Shown here: in pieces, positions 8,866 through 17,478 of the stretch
Layout of the letters: each line of letters starts with the position of its first letter
Numbering within the stretch: position 1 is the stretch's first letter
From: Candidatus Solibacter sp.
GTDB lineage: Bacteria > Acidobacteriota > Terriglobia > Terriglobales > Acidobacteriaceae
NCBI GenBank assembly: GCA_035501655.1
Contig: DATJVU010000033.1
Coordinates: 298,770 to 362,769 of the forward strand
Length of the DNA: 64,000 nt
Direction of reading: 5' to 3'
Translations under genes and position numbers: made by a program
The notes under the pieces: model-generated
What the model was told of the DNA's origin: nothing
The model's input: only the letters and a program-made list of their open reading frames with translations
The model's database searches: none

Positions 8866-10179
8866 CTACTTCTTCACTGCGGCAAATGCGTCCTTCGACG
8901 CTGCAATGGTGCGCTGCACATCGTCGTCAGTATGTGCTGCTCCCAGAAACGCAGCTTCATACTGCGAAGGAGGCAAATAGACTCCCGCATCCAGCATGAC
9001 ACGGAAAAACTTCCCGAACGCAGCCGTATCAGACTTCGAAGCCGAATCCCAATCCGTGACCGGCCCGTTGTTAAAGAACCAGGTAAACATCGAGCCCACG
9101 CGATTCGCGGTCAGCGTTACTCCCGCATCCTTCGCCGCTGCGGCAACACCAGCCACCAAATCAGCGCTCAACTTTTCCAACCGCGGATAAATCTCTCCCT
9201 TGCGATCGCGCAACTGCTTCAGCATCGCGCATCCAGCAGCCATCGCCAGCGGATTGCCCGACAACGTCCCTGCCTGATACATCGGGCCGAGCGGCGCGAC
9301 CAGATCCATGATCTCCTTGGGACCACCGTAAGCGCCAACCGGCAAACCTCCGCCGATAATTTTTCCCAGCGTCGTCAAATCCGGTTTGATGTTGTACAAC
9401 TCCTGCGCTCCCCCGTGAGCCACGCGAAATCCCGTCATCACTTCGTCAAAAATCAGCACCGCGCGCTCACGCTCAGTCAGCAACCGCAAGCCAACGAGAT
9501 AATCGTCGGCCGCCGGCACGCATCCCATGTTGCCCACGACCGGCTCCACGATCACGCACGCAATCTGATGCTTGTATTTCGAGAAGGCGTGCTCCACCGC
9601 CGAAAGATTGTTAAAGGGCAGCGCCACCGTGAACTGAATGAATTCATCCGGAACCCCCGCCGATCCCGGAATCCCCAGCGTCGCCACGCCCGAGCCAGCT
9701 TTCACCAGCAGCGCATCTGCATGCCCGTGATAGCAGCCTTCAAACTTCACAATGTATTTTCGTTTTGTGTGGGTGCGGGCCAGCCGGATCGCCGACATCG
9801 TAGCTTCCGTCCCTGAACTGACGAAGCGCACCTTCTCCATGCTGGGGAATGCGCCAATCACCAGCTCTGCAAGATCGGCCTCCGACGGCGTCGACGCGCC
9901 GAAGCTGGTTCCGTTGCAAGCCGCGGCCACAATCGCATCGAGCACTCCCGGCTCAGCATGGCCGAGAATCAGCGGCCCCCACGATCCCACATAATCGATG
10001 TACTCATTCTCGTCCGCATCCCAAATGTGCGATCCTTTGCCGCGCACAATGAAGGGCGCATCGCCACCTACCGAGCGAAATGCCCGCACCGGAGAGTTCA
10101 CTCCTCCCGGAATCAAGCTCTCCGCGCGCTGTTGCAGCCGCCGCGACTGTTCAGTTTTTCGCGAAGTTGTGGAAGGCAT
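8866..10179 (-). CDS. hemL: glutamate-1-semialdehyde 2,1-aminomutase
   Basis: 437 aa. [10 protein letters not shown], class-III aminotransferase body and [18 protein letters not shown] (PLP lysine). Confidence 0.95.
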   Translation of the reverse strand: MPSTTSRKTEQSRRLQQRAESLIPGGVNSPVRAFRSVGGDAPFIVRGKGSHIWDADENEYIDYVGSWGPLILGHAEPGVLDAIVAAACNGTSFGASTPSEADLAELVIGAFPSMEKVRFVSSGTEATMSAIRLARTHTKRKYIVKFEGCYHGHADALLVKAGSGVATLGIPGSAGVPDEFIQFTVALPFNNLSAVEHAFSKYKHQIACVIVEPVVGNMGCVPAADDYLVGLRLLTERERAVLIFDEVMTGFRVAHGGAQELYNIKPDLTTLGKIIGGGLPVGAYGGPKEIMDLVAPLGPMYQAGTLSGNPLAMAAGCAMLKQLRDRKGEIYPRLEKLSADLVAGVAAAAKDAGVTLTANRVGSMFTWFFNNGPVTDWDSASKSDTAAFGKFFRVMLDAGVYLPPSQYEAAFLGAAHTDDDVQRTIAASKDAFAAVKK

Positions 10180-10371
10180 CCAATCCTCTCGACACAGAAA
10201 AGAAAGAAAAGAAAGATGTCACCGCAGACCGCAATAAGTACGTGGGATAACCGACTACTATAACAGCGATAAGGAATTCATCAGATATTCATCGTTCTGC
10301 AACCAGCATGCAACATCACGACGGTACCGTAACGTCATCAAGTTGCCCTTCTAACCGGGAGGGTTTTCATA

Positions 10372-10410
10372 AGGACAGTCTCGGGGGCTCCGGACTGTCC
10401 TTTTTGAATT
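10372..10410 (+). terminator. intrinsic terminator-like hairpin with no annotated upstream plus-strand gene
   Basis: AGGACAGTC..GACTGTCCT stem (plus inner GC pairs) followed by TTTTTGAATTTTT. The reverse strand has no T-run. Confidence 0.5.
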
Positions 10411-10513
10411 TTTGATTGATGATTTTTGATGGATGATTGAAACCCACCCGGGTCCGGCTGCGCGAATAGACCCGCTTTTCAATCCACAATCAAAAATCAT
10501 CAATCAAAAATTC
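10406..10513. repeat. 108-bp palindromic MITE-like element with perfect 25-bp terminal inverted repeats
   Basis: GAATTTTTGATTGATGATTTTTGAT at 10406-10430 is the exact reverse complement of 10489-10513. A related TTGATTGATGATT motif occurs at 32861-32900. Confidence 0.85.
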
Positions 10514-10542
10514 TCAGCCACTCCACCGACCCATCCCCGGCA

Positions 10543-10556
10543 TTAACTATGGTTAA
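10543..10556. promoter_or_regulatory. candidate DtxR/MntR-type operator (TTAACTATGGTTAA), 11 nt upstream of a TATAAT box
   Basis: Palindromic arms TTAAC/GTTAA. A near-identical TTAACTATAGTTTA lies upstream of the NRAMP gene (17407-17420), with similar spacing to a -10-like box. Confidence 0.45.
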
Positions 10557-10581
10557 CTCCCGCGAAGTATAATCCGAACAA

Positions 10582-11250
10582 ATGATCACCGTCTCGAAGG
10601 AAGACTATCTCAAGTCGATCCTCGAAGCCGAAACCGCCGGAGAAGTCGTCATCTCCGCGCGCCTCTCCGACCTGCTGAAAGTCACGCCGCCGGCCGTCAC
10701 CATGGCGCTGCGCCGTCTCAAAAAAGACGGACTAGTCAGCGTCGAATCCAGCGGACACATTCGCCTCACGTCAGAAGGACGTAAGATCGCACGCCGGCTC
10801 ACGCTGCGGCATCATCTGATCGAGCGCATGCTCACGGAAATGTTCGGCATGGAATGGTGGAAGGTTCACGACGAAGCCGAACGCCTGGAACACGCCGTGT
10901 CTCCCGACTTTGAAGCCAAGCTTTTGGCGAAGCTCGGCGTAGACGGAGCCTGCCCGCACGGCAATTTGAGCGAACTCGAGAGTCCAACCAGCCGCCGCCG
11001 CCGCGGTCTCGTGCTTCTCTCCGACGCCGCACTCGATAGCGCCTACACCGTCAGTGGCATCTACGAGCGCGACCGCGGCCTGCTCGAATTCCTCGAGCAC
11101 CGCGGCATCCGCCCGGGCGCGAAGCTGCGCTTGATCGAACGCAACTACGACCAGACGCTGACTCTCTCCACTCCGGCAGGAAGAGTTTCTGTTGGCCCTG
11201 CCGCGAGCGAACGAGTCTGGCTCGCCCCAGTCGGCCGCGCGAAGCGCTAA
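10582..11250 (+). CDS. DtxR/MntR-family metal-dependent transcriptional regulator with C-terminal FeoA/SH3-like domain
   Basis: 222 aa. SKEDYLKSILEAE, the HTH LSDLLKVTPPAVTMALRRLKKDGLV, and RHHLIERML..HDEAERLEH metal-site region. Confidence 0.85.
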   Translation: MITVSKEDYLKSILEAETAGEVVISARLSDLLKVTPPAVTMALRRLKKDGLVSVESSGHIRLTSEGRKIARRLTLRHHLIERMLTEMFGMEWWKVHDEAERLEHAVSPDFEAKLLAKLGVDGACPHGNLSELESPTSRRRRGLVLLSDAALDSAYTVSGIYERDRGLLEFLEHRGIRPGAKLRLIERNYDQTLTLSTPAGRVSVGPAASERVWLAPVGRAKR

Positions 11251-11354
11251 AACAATGGAGCCGCGGACGCATTTCCTCCGCGGAGCGAGCGCCGAAACTC
11301 TCAGTCCTTAAATCCTCGCTCTTCCTGGGCGGCCGAATGCGTCCGCGGCTCCAG

Positions 11355-14054
11355 CTACTTCTTCACTCCATTCATCCAGTTAGTCACCAGCACCAGCGGC
11401 GTCGGCGGACTCTCCGGCAAAGTCGTCACCACAATCCTCTGACCATCGGCACTGATGTCGAAAGGATCCCCCAGCGGAGCCGTGTAGCTGAGCTGGAACA
11501 ACTCGCGCACTGGATCCGATTCAAACTCCTCGCTTTTCGCGTTCACGGTCACATAGCGCAACGCGCCATCCGGTCCCAGGAACCACAGTTCCTTTCCGTC
11601 GCCGCGCCATGTCGGAAATGTCGCGCCTTCCTGCGAAATCTGCCAGCGGCCCTGGCCGCTCGGGAAATGGGTCACGTAGAGTTCTTCGCGGCCGGACTCA
11701 GTCGAGCTGTAAGCCAGCCAGCGTCCATCGGGCGACAGCCGGAACTGCACGATGCGCGTCTGCGCCGACTGCGGCTTCAGCACGGTAAACGGCTTCCTGT
11801 CGCCGGTCAGCGGCATAGCCTTGATTTCGGCGTCCGTGGGCCCGCTCTGCTGCATATAAAGCAAATATTTTCCATCCGGAGAAAATTGCGGTGACAAGAC
11901 GGTTGCCTGCAACGAAGTGCCAGTTTGCAACAGCACTTCTTCCTGACCACCGCCATTGGCCAGTCGCATGCGCAACGAAGTTCCCGCCATCAGCGTCGCG
12001 CCGTGTTGCGTGACATAGACGATTTTCTGGCCGTCCGGCGACCAGGAAACCATCAGGTGCGTGCCCTCGCCAAAGGTCAATCGCGTCTTCGATCCGTGTA
12101 CCAGATCGAACACCCAAACATCCGCCTCCGGATCGCCCACCGAAATCGCCAGCCGTTTCCCATCCGGAGACAACCGCCCGCTTCCCTTGTACGCCGCCCG
12201 CTCCGCCACTTTTCCCAGCGATTTGCCTGTGCGATCAAGCGATACCAGGTCCGTGCCGGCTCCCGTCCGCGATCCGGGCTCATAGACCAGCAACCCGTTC
12301 TGGCTGGCGGTGAAGGTCGTGTGCCACGTGCCGGCATCGTACTCGACGAAATTCTCGAGCATAATCGGATCGCCCGAGACTGCTCCCGTAGCCGCGTCGA
12401 ATTTCTGCGCCAGCAACTGCGACTGCTGGTGATAGATCAGATAGCCCGAAACATACTGGGCGTCGGAATCGGCATCCAGCACCCGCTTGTACGATCCGTC
12501 ATCCAGCGATGCGAAATAGATTCCGTGCTCCGAGTCTCCGGAGTGGCTGGTGGCGAAGAAGAGGAAATGTTTTTGGTCGGGCAGGAACACCGGCCAGCGG
12601 TGCGTGGTGTGCTTGCCCGCATCGAATTTTGTAAGGCGCGAGGGAGTTCCACCCAGGGCGCTGACCCGCCACAGTGAATCGCGGTAATCGGGTTCGTACA
12701 CGATGACGTTGTCGCGGTTCCATGCGCCGCCGCGCGCGTTAGGAGCGTCCGCAATCACCGTGACCGGGCCACCGGCGGCGGGAAGTTTCTTCAGCCGTCC
12801 GTCTGCGAAGAATCCGACGAATCTTTCGTCGTACGACCAGAAGGGAAACGACGCGCCCTCGCTACCTTCCAGTTTTCGAGGCGCCAGGTCGGTCAGCGAC
12901 TGCACCCACAGCGCGTTCGGCTCTTTCGCTTTACGCGCGCAAAACACGATGGCCGAACCGTCACGGCTAATTACCGGCGGACCTGCGAAATCGCCGACGA
13001 AATCGAAGATGGTGTCTTGCGGCGGCGTCAGATACGAGCGCAGCGCCGGCGAGGGTTCGTGCCCGCGCAGACTCAAGACCAAAACTGCAATTAGCAACCC
13101 CAGGGTGGTCGCGCCCAATGCCGCCAGCCACGGCCACTGCGACTTTGCAGGCACGTGCGGCGCAGCCGCCGCAACGTTCGCTCCGCCCGCCCCAATCCAC
13201 CTCAATTCCAACCCAACATCGCCCGCGCTCTGCCAGCGGTCATCAGGATCCTTCGCCAAACACTCCTGCACCACGTGGTCAAACCCCGCCGCCATCATCG
13301 GCTGCACCGACGAAACCGAAGCGGGACTGCGCTCCAGCACCGCCGCCATAGCGCTAGCCGCCGTTTTCCCTTCGAATGCGCGCTTGCCCGTAGCCATCTC
13401 ATAGAGCACCGCGCCCAAAGCAAAAATATCCGACCGCGCGTCCGCTTCCTTGCCCTCGACCTGCTCCGGCGACATGTACTGAAACGTGCCGACCACCGTG
13501 CCCTGCGCCGTCAAAGGGCTGCTGCCCAAAGGCGTAGTCATAGTCGCCGTCAAACCAGAAGACGCATCCGTAGTCAACACGACGGACTTCGCCAAGCCGA
13601 AGTCCATCAACTTCGCGCCCGTTCTCGTGAGCATGATGTTGCCCGGCTTCAGATCGCGATGCACCACGCCGCTGCGATGTGCGCGCTCCAACCCGTCGCA
13701 AATCTCAATTCCGTACTTGAACACCTGCGCCACCGGCATCGGCCCCTTGCGCAGACGCTCGGCCAGCGTCTCGCCTTCGAGATACTCCATCACCAGGTAG
13801 TCGACGCCGTCCTGATGGCCAATATCGTGCAGCGTGCAGATGTTCGGATGGTTCAGCGAAGAAATCGTCCGTGCCTCGCGCTCGAAGCGCTGCTTCGCCT
13901 CAGGATTTTCTGAAAGGTGCGCGGGCAAAGTCTTGATGGCGACCGTGCGGTCCAGCCGCGTATCCCGCGCCAGATACACCTCGCCCATGCCGCCAGCCCC
14001 GATCGGCGACCGAACCTCATATGGACCAAGCTTTGTCCCGGAAGTAAGCCCCAT
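11355..14054 (-). CDS. Ser/Thr protein kinase with TM segment and C-terminal TolB-like beta-propeller repeats
   Basis: 899 aa. GAGGMGEVYLA, HRDLKPGNIML and DFGLAK, then repeated PDG(K/R/Q) WD40-like TolB-type blades. Confidence 0.9.
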   Translation of the reverse strand: MGLTSGTKLGPYEVRSPIGAGGMGEVYLARDTRLDRTVAIKTLPAHLSENPEAKQRFEREARTISSLNHPNICTLHDIGHQDGVDYLVMEYLEGETLAERLRKGPMPVAQVFKYGIEICDGLERAHRSGVVHRDLKPGNIMLTRTGAKLMDFGLAKSVVLTTDASSGLTATMTTPLGSSPLTAQGTVVGTFQYMSPEQVEGKEADARSDIFALGAVLYEMATGKRAFEGKTAASAMAAVLERSPASVSSVQPMMAAGFDHVVQECLAKDPDDRWQSAGDVGLELRWIGAGGANVAAAAPHVPAKSQWPWLAALGATTLGLLIAVLVLSLRGHEPSPALRSYLTPPQDTIFDFVGDFAGPPVISRDGSAIVFCARKAKEPNALWVQSLTDLAPRKLEGSEGASFPFWSYDERFVGFFADGRLKKLPAAGGPVTVIADAPNARGGAWNRDNVIVYEPDYRDSLWRVSALGGTPSRLTKFDAGKHTTHRWPVFLPDQKHFLFFATSHSGDSEHGIYFASLDDGSYKRVLDADSDAQYVSGYLIYHQQSQLLAQKFDAATGAVSGDPIMLENFVEYDAGTWHTTFTASQNGLLVYEPGSRTGAGTDLVSLDRTGKSLGKVAERAAYKGSGRLSPDGKRLAISVGDPEADVWVFDLVHGSKTRLTFGEGTHLMVSWSPDGQKIVYVTQHGATLMAGTSLRMRLANGGGQEEVLLQTGTSLQATVLSPQFSPDGKYLLYMQQSGPTDAEIKAMPLTGDRKPFTVLKPQSAQTRIVQFRLSPDGRWLAYSSTESGREELYVTHFPSGQGRWQISQEGATFPTWRGDGKELWFLGPDGALRYVTVNAKSEEFESDPVRELFQLSYTAPLGDPFDISADGQRIVVTTLPESPPTPLVLVTNWMNGVKK

Positions 14055-14125
14055 GCGCGACCAAAATTATATTCCACCCCGCTCCCACACGAACAAAGCA
14101 CGTGGGCCCACTGTGCCATCAATCT

Positions 14126-14457
14126 GTCATCCTGAACGGCGGCAAAGCCGCCGTGAGGGACCGTACGACAGCAGAAATCTGCAGTGCGGCAAGCGCGGAT
14201 CGTCCATAAGGCAGACAGTCGTGACGAGAGCTGTGCCCCTCTTAGAGATGCCAAACTATATCGATTGTCATCCTGAGCGAAGCGAGGCGTAGCGAAGGAT
14301 CTCCTGCTTAGCCGGCCCAGCGCCTCAGCCAAACCGCACTTTGCTTTTGCGCTAACGATTCAGTTCGCAGCCCTGTCATGCTGAGCGCAGTCGAAGCATC
14401 CCTGCAATCTGATGTGCGTCGTGGGCGAGATTGCCAAATCCGCGCAGCCGGCGAGGG
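14126..14457 (+). repeat. cluster of three GTCAT-family repeats (types A-like, B, C)
   Basis: 14126-14163 is GTCATCCTGAAC + GGCGGCAAAGCCGCC + GTGAGGGACC. 14267-14338 is GTCATCCTGAGCGAAGCGAGGCGTAGCGAAGGATCTCC... 14375-14457 is GTCATGCTGAGCGCAGTCGAAGCATCCCTGCAATCT... Types B and C recur at 17127-17392. Confidence 0.85.
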
Positions 14458-14534
14458 TAATCTGGCTGATGACGGCCGGGGCTTTTACGTGTTTCTTACG
14501 TACCTCCGTGCTTTCGTGACCAAAACCGCGCTAC

Positions 14535-15044
14535 TTAATCTAGTGGGAAGTTGGGGTTCTCCGGAAAGAACCGCGCCGGCTCACCGCGTGTCTTCCGGAA
14601 CAGATTGCGAATGGTGGAGATCTGGCCCAGATGCCCGGCTAGATGCAGCGCCTGATGGTAGCCCAGCAAATGCGGCGTCAGGGACGGACGGCCCGGCCGC
14701 GTCGCCGGATAAGTCTGTACCGTAAGTTGGTGCAAGTCGGCTTGCGTGGTCTGGTGCAGCGCATGGAGAAAGGCGCGGTAAAGCTCCTCCAGATCCTTCA
14801 GGTTTCGCTCGAAGTCCAGGGATATGGAGGCACCTGGGTGTGCAGCACGCGGCGCGCCGGGATCGATCCTCGCCAGGTGCTCATAGGCCTCGATGAGCAA
14901 GTGTCTCAGAATCAGGTTAATGCTGTTGGCTTGCGGCAGCGGCCTCCAGTCGGCCTCCTCCTCAGTTACATCTTGGAGATCGTGCTTGAGCCGGCTCAAG
15001 ATGAGCTCGTTCATCTCGATCACGACTTGAAGGGATTGGTCCAT
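14535..15044 (-). CDS. DinB-superfamily protein
   Basis: 169 aa. Four-helix DinB-like pattern with His-containing segments (ILRHLLIEAYEHL, LAGHLGQISTI). Confidence 0.6.
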   Translation of the reverse strand: MDQSLQVVIEMNELILSRLKHDLQDVTEEEADWRPLPQANSINLILRHLLIEAYEHLARIDPGAPRAAHPGASISLDFERNLKDLEELYRAFLHALHQTTQADLHQLTVQTYPATRPGRPSLTPHLLGYHQALHLAGHLGQISTIRNLFRKTRGEPARFFPENPNFPLD

Positions 15045-15162
15045 GCTTGTACTCCTAGCGCAGGAAGCTGATCCCAGCGCTGCTGTTGCTTGTCTTGACG
15101 CCGATTATCCCTTGGCGGGTGGGGAACCAACACCCGCCAAAGCTATAATTCCCCGAACACCC

Positions 15163-16101
15163 GTGGCCCAACTCGAAAACTTCCGCCTAAAAGTCTTCCG
15201 CGCCGTAGCCGAGCACCTGAACTTCCGCAAAGCCGCCGAACATCTCTTCCTAACTCAACCAGCGATCACGCTCCAGGTCAAAGCCCTCGAAAACGATCTA
15301 GGCATCCGCCTCTTCGATCGCTCAGCCAACAAAGTAACGTTAACCGCGCAAGGAGCCACCCTTCTCCGCTATGCGCAAAAACTAGCCACACTAGCAACCG
15401 AGGCCGAACAAGAACTCCTCTGCAAAGACGGACAATTCTCCGGCGAACTCTCTCTCGGCGTCTCCACAACAATCGCACAATACGTGCTTCCACGCCTCAT
15501 CGGAGCATTTCTCAACGAGCATCCGCGCGTGCAACTCGACTTGCACAGCGGCAACACGGAAGAAGTCGTCGACCTTCTCCTCGCCGACAAAGTTTCCATC
15601 GGCTTGATCGAGGGCCCCGCCCGTGAGCGCGGAGTCCACACCGAGCCCTTCATGCGCGACGAACTCGTCCTCATCTCGCCCCCCGACACCGACGCCATTC
15701 AATTCACGCCTCAACAACTGCTAGCCTCCAGCCTGCTCATGCGCGAGCAAGGCTCCGGCTCGCGCCGTGTAGTCGAACTCGCGCTCGATAAGGCCGGACT
15801 CAAACCGAAGAACTTCAAGTCCGTGATGTATCTGGATTCCACCGAAGCCATCAAATCCGCCGTCGAAGCCGGCCTCGGCATCGGCTTCGTCTCGCGCTGG
15901 GCCATCTCCAAAGAGCTCGAGCTGGGCGTGCTGAAGACAGCCGAGGTCCGCGGACTCCAGATCGCCCGCCACTTCTCTCTCGTAACCCGCACCGGCCCCG
16001 CGCAGCAAGGCCTGCCGGCCGCCTTCCGCGCTTTCGCCCTGTCCCGCGGCCGCCTGCTTTCGGGCCCCCGAAAGCCGCGCCAGTCAAGCACTTCCGCGTG
16101 A
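15163..16101 (+). CDS. LysR-family transcriptional regulator
   Basis: ORF 15043..16101. LysR HTH LENFRLKVFRAVAEHLNFRKAAEHLFLTQPAITLQVKALE starts right after GTG 15163. TATAAT at 15144-15149. Confidence 0.88.
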   Translation: MAQLENFRLKVFRAVAEHLNFRKAAEHLFLTQPAITLQVKALENDLGIRLFDRSANKVTLTAQGATLLRYAQKLATLATEAEQELLCKDGQFSGELSLGVSTTIAQYVLPRLIGAFLNEHPRVQLDLHSGNTEEVVDLLLADKVSIGLIEGPARERGVHTEPFMRDELVLISPPDTDAIQFTPQQLLASSLLMREQGSGSRRVVELALDKAGLKPKNFKSVMYLDSTEAIKSAVEAGLGIGFVSRWAISKELELGVLKTAEVRGLQIARHFSLVTRTGPAQQGLPAAFRAFALSRGRLLSGPRKPRQSSTSA

Positions 16102-16171
16102 TAAATCCCCCTAATGACCCATTGAAACTACTGCTTGGACTCGGGCGTAGCTCGCACGCGAAACTATCTCC

Positions 16172-17092
16172 GTGGACAAGCGCCTCTTCTTCCTGGGACT
16201 CATCCTCGCCGCCACCGGTCTCATCTCCCCACCCTTCGCGTTGCTCGGCGGCCTCGTCTATGGCTTGACCGTCACCAATCCATTTCAGGGCGAATCGAAA
16301 AAACTGGCGAAATTTCTGCTGCAAGCCTCGGTCGTCGGCCTCGGCTTCGGCATGAATCTTCACGAAGTAGCGCACGCCGGACGCTCCGGCTTCCTCTACA
16401 CCGCCGTCAGCATCACCGCAGTCATGCTCGCCGGCCTGGCTCTCGGATATCTGATTCGCGTCAGCAAAAAATCGGCCTTCCTCATCTCTGCCGGAACCGC
16501 CATCTGCGGAGGCAGCGCCATCGCCGCCGTCGGCCCCATCGCCGAGGCCAGCGAAGAAGAAATGGCTGTCTCGCTAGGCGCCGTCTTCATTCTGAATTCC
16601 ATCGCGCTCTTTCTTTTCCCGCTCATTGGGCTCGCGCTGCACATGAGCCAGTCGCAATTCGGACTTTGGTCGGCACTCGCCATTCACGACACCAGTTCCG
16701 TAGTCGGCGCCACAGCGCGCTACGGCGCCGGAGCGCTAGCGGTGGGCACGACCGTCAAACTAGCACGCGCGCTCTGGATTGTTCCCCTCTCCATCGCAAC
16801 CGCAGTAGCCCTCAAAAGCAAAGCCCGCATCCAGTGGCCCTGGTTCATTCTTTTCTTCTGCGTCGCGGCGTTACTCAACACGCTGCTCCCCGGCTTCAAT
16901 CCAGCATTCACCACGCTAAGCCGCCTCGGCAAGATTGGATTAACCGTAACGCTGTTCTTAATCGGTGCAGGCCTGAACAAAGAAACCCTAAAGAAGGTAG
17001 GCCTCCGTCCGCTTCTCCAAGGCCTAACCCTCTGGATCGCCGTAGCCACAGCCACGCTCGCGCTAATCCTAATCAACTGGATTCACATCTAG
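16172..17092 (+). CDS. YeiH/UPF0324-family integral membrane protein
   Basis: 306 aa, multi-TM, YeiH-like. Sits directly downstream of a LysR regulator, as with the yeiE/yeiH pairing known in E. coli. Confidence 0.75.
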   Translation: MDKRLFFLGLILAATGLISPPFALLGGLVYGLTVTNPFQGESKKLAKFLLQASVVGLGFGMNLHEVAHAGRSGFLYTAVSITAVMLAGLALGYLIRVSKKSAFLISAGTAICGGSAIAAVGPIAEASEEEMAVSLGAVFILNSIALFLFPLIGLALHMSQSQFGLWSALAIHDTSSVVGATARYGAGALAVGTTVKLARALWIVPLSIATAVALKSKARIQWPWFILFFCVAALLNTLLPGFNPAFTTLSRLGKIGLTVTLFLIGAGLNKETLKKVGLRPLLQGLTLWIAVATATLALILINWIHI

Positions 17093-17126
17093 GGGTCAGC
17101 AGCTTCTTCAGCACTCTCAGGGCGCT

Positions 17127-17392
17127 GTCATGCTGAGCGGAGCGGGCGGCCCGCAAAGCGGACCGCCTGCGCAGTCGAAGCATCCCTACAATCTCATGTG
17201 CGTGGCGGGCGATGGGTGCCAACGCACGCAGGCACATGAAATGTCGAGGGAAAAATCCACTGCAGGTCAGTAGCGCTGTCATCCTGAGCGCAGCCGCTTT
17301 GGTAGACCCCCGGCTTATAGCCGGGGGCGAGCGAAGCGAGGCGTAGCGAAGGATCTCCCGCTCAACTGGCCTAACGCGTCAGCCAAACCGCA
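17127..17392 (+). repeat. GTCAT-family repeats type C then type B, each carrying an internal insertion
   Basis: 17127-17250 matches 14375-14457 apart from an extra GC hairpin segment. 17278-17392 matches 14267-14338 apart from an extra CCCCCGGCTTATAGCCGGGGG hairpin. Confidence 0.85.
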
Positions 17393-17406
17393 ACGCCACA
17401 AAGTAG

Positions 17407-17420
17407 TTAACTATAGTTTA
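17407..17420. promoter_or_regulatory. candidate DtxR/MntR-type operator (TTAACTATAGTTTA), 10 nt upstream of a TATACT box
   Basis: Matches 12 of 14 positions of the site at 10543-10556. Lies about 60 nt upstream of the NRAMP start. Confidence 0.45.
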
Positions 17421-17478
17421 CCTCCCTGTGTATACTGGTGCTAATAAGTAAGTGGGGGGCCCGCACCATCAGCTAACC

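Noticed and set aside
16135-17136. 333-aa plus-strand ORF in an alternative frame of the YeiH-like gene.
   Set aside because: Its product is Arg/His/Ser-rich nonsense-like sequence. The overlapping frame (16172..17092) encodes a coherent multi-TM YeiH-family protein.
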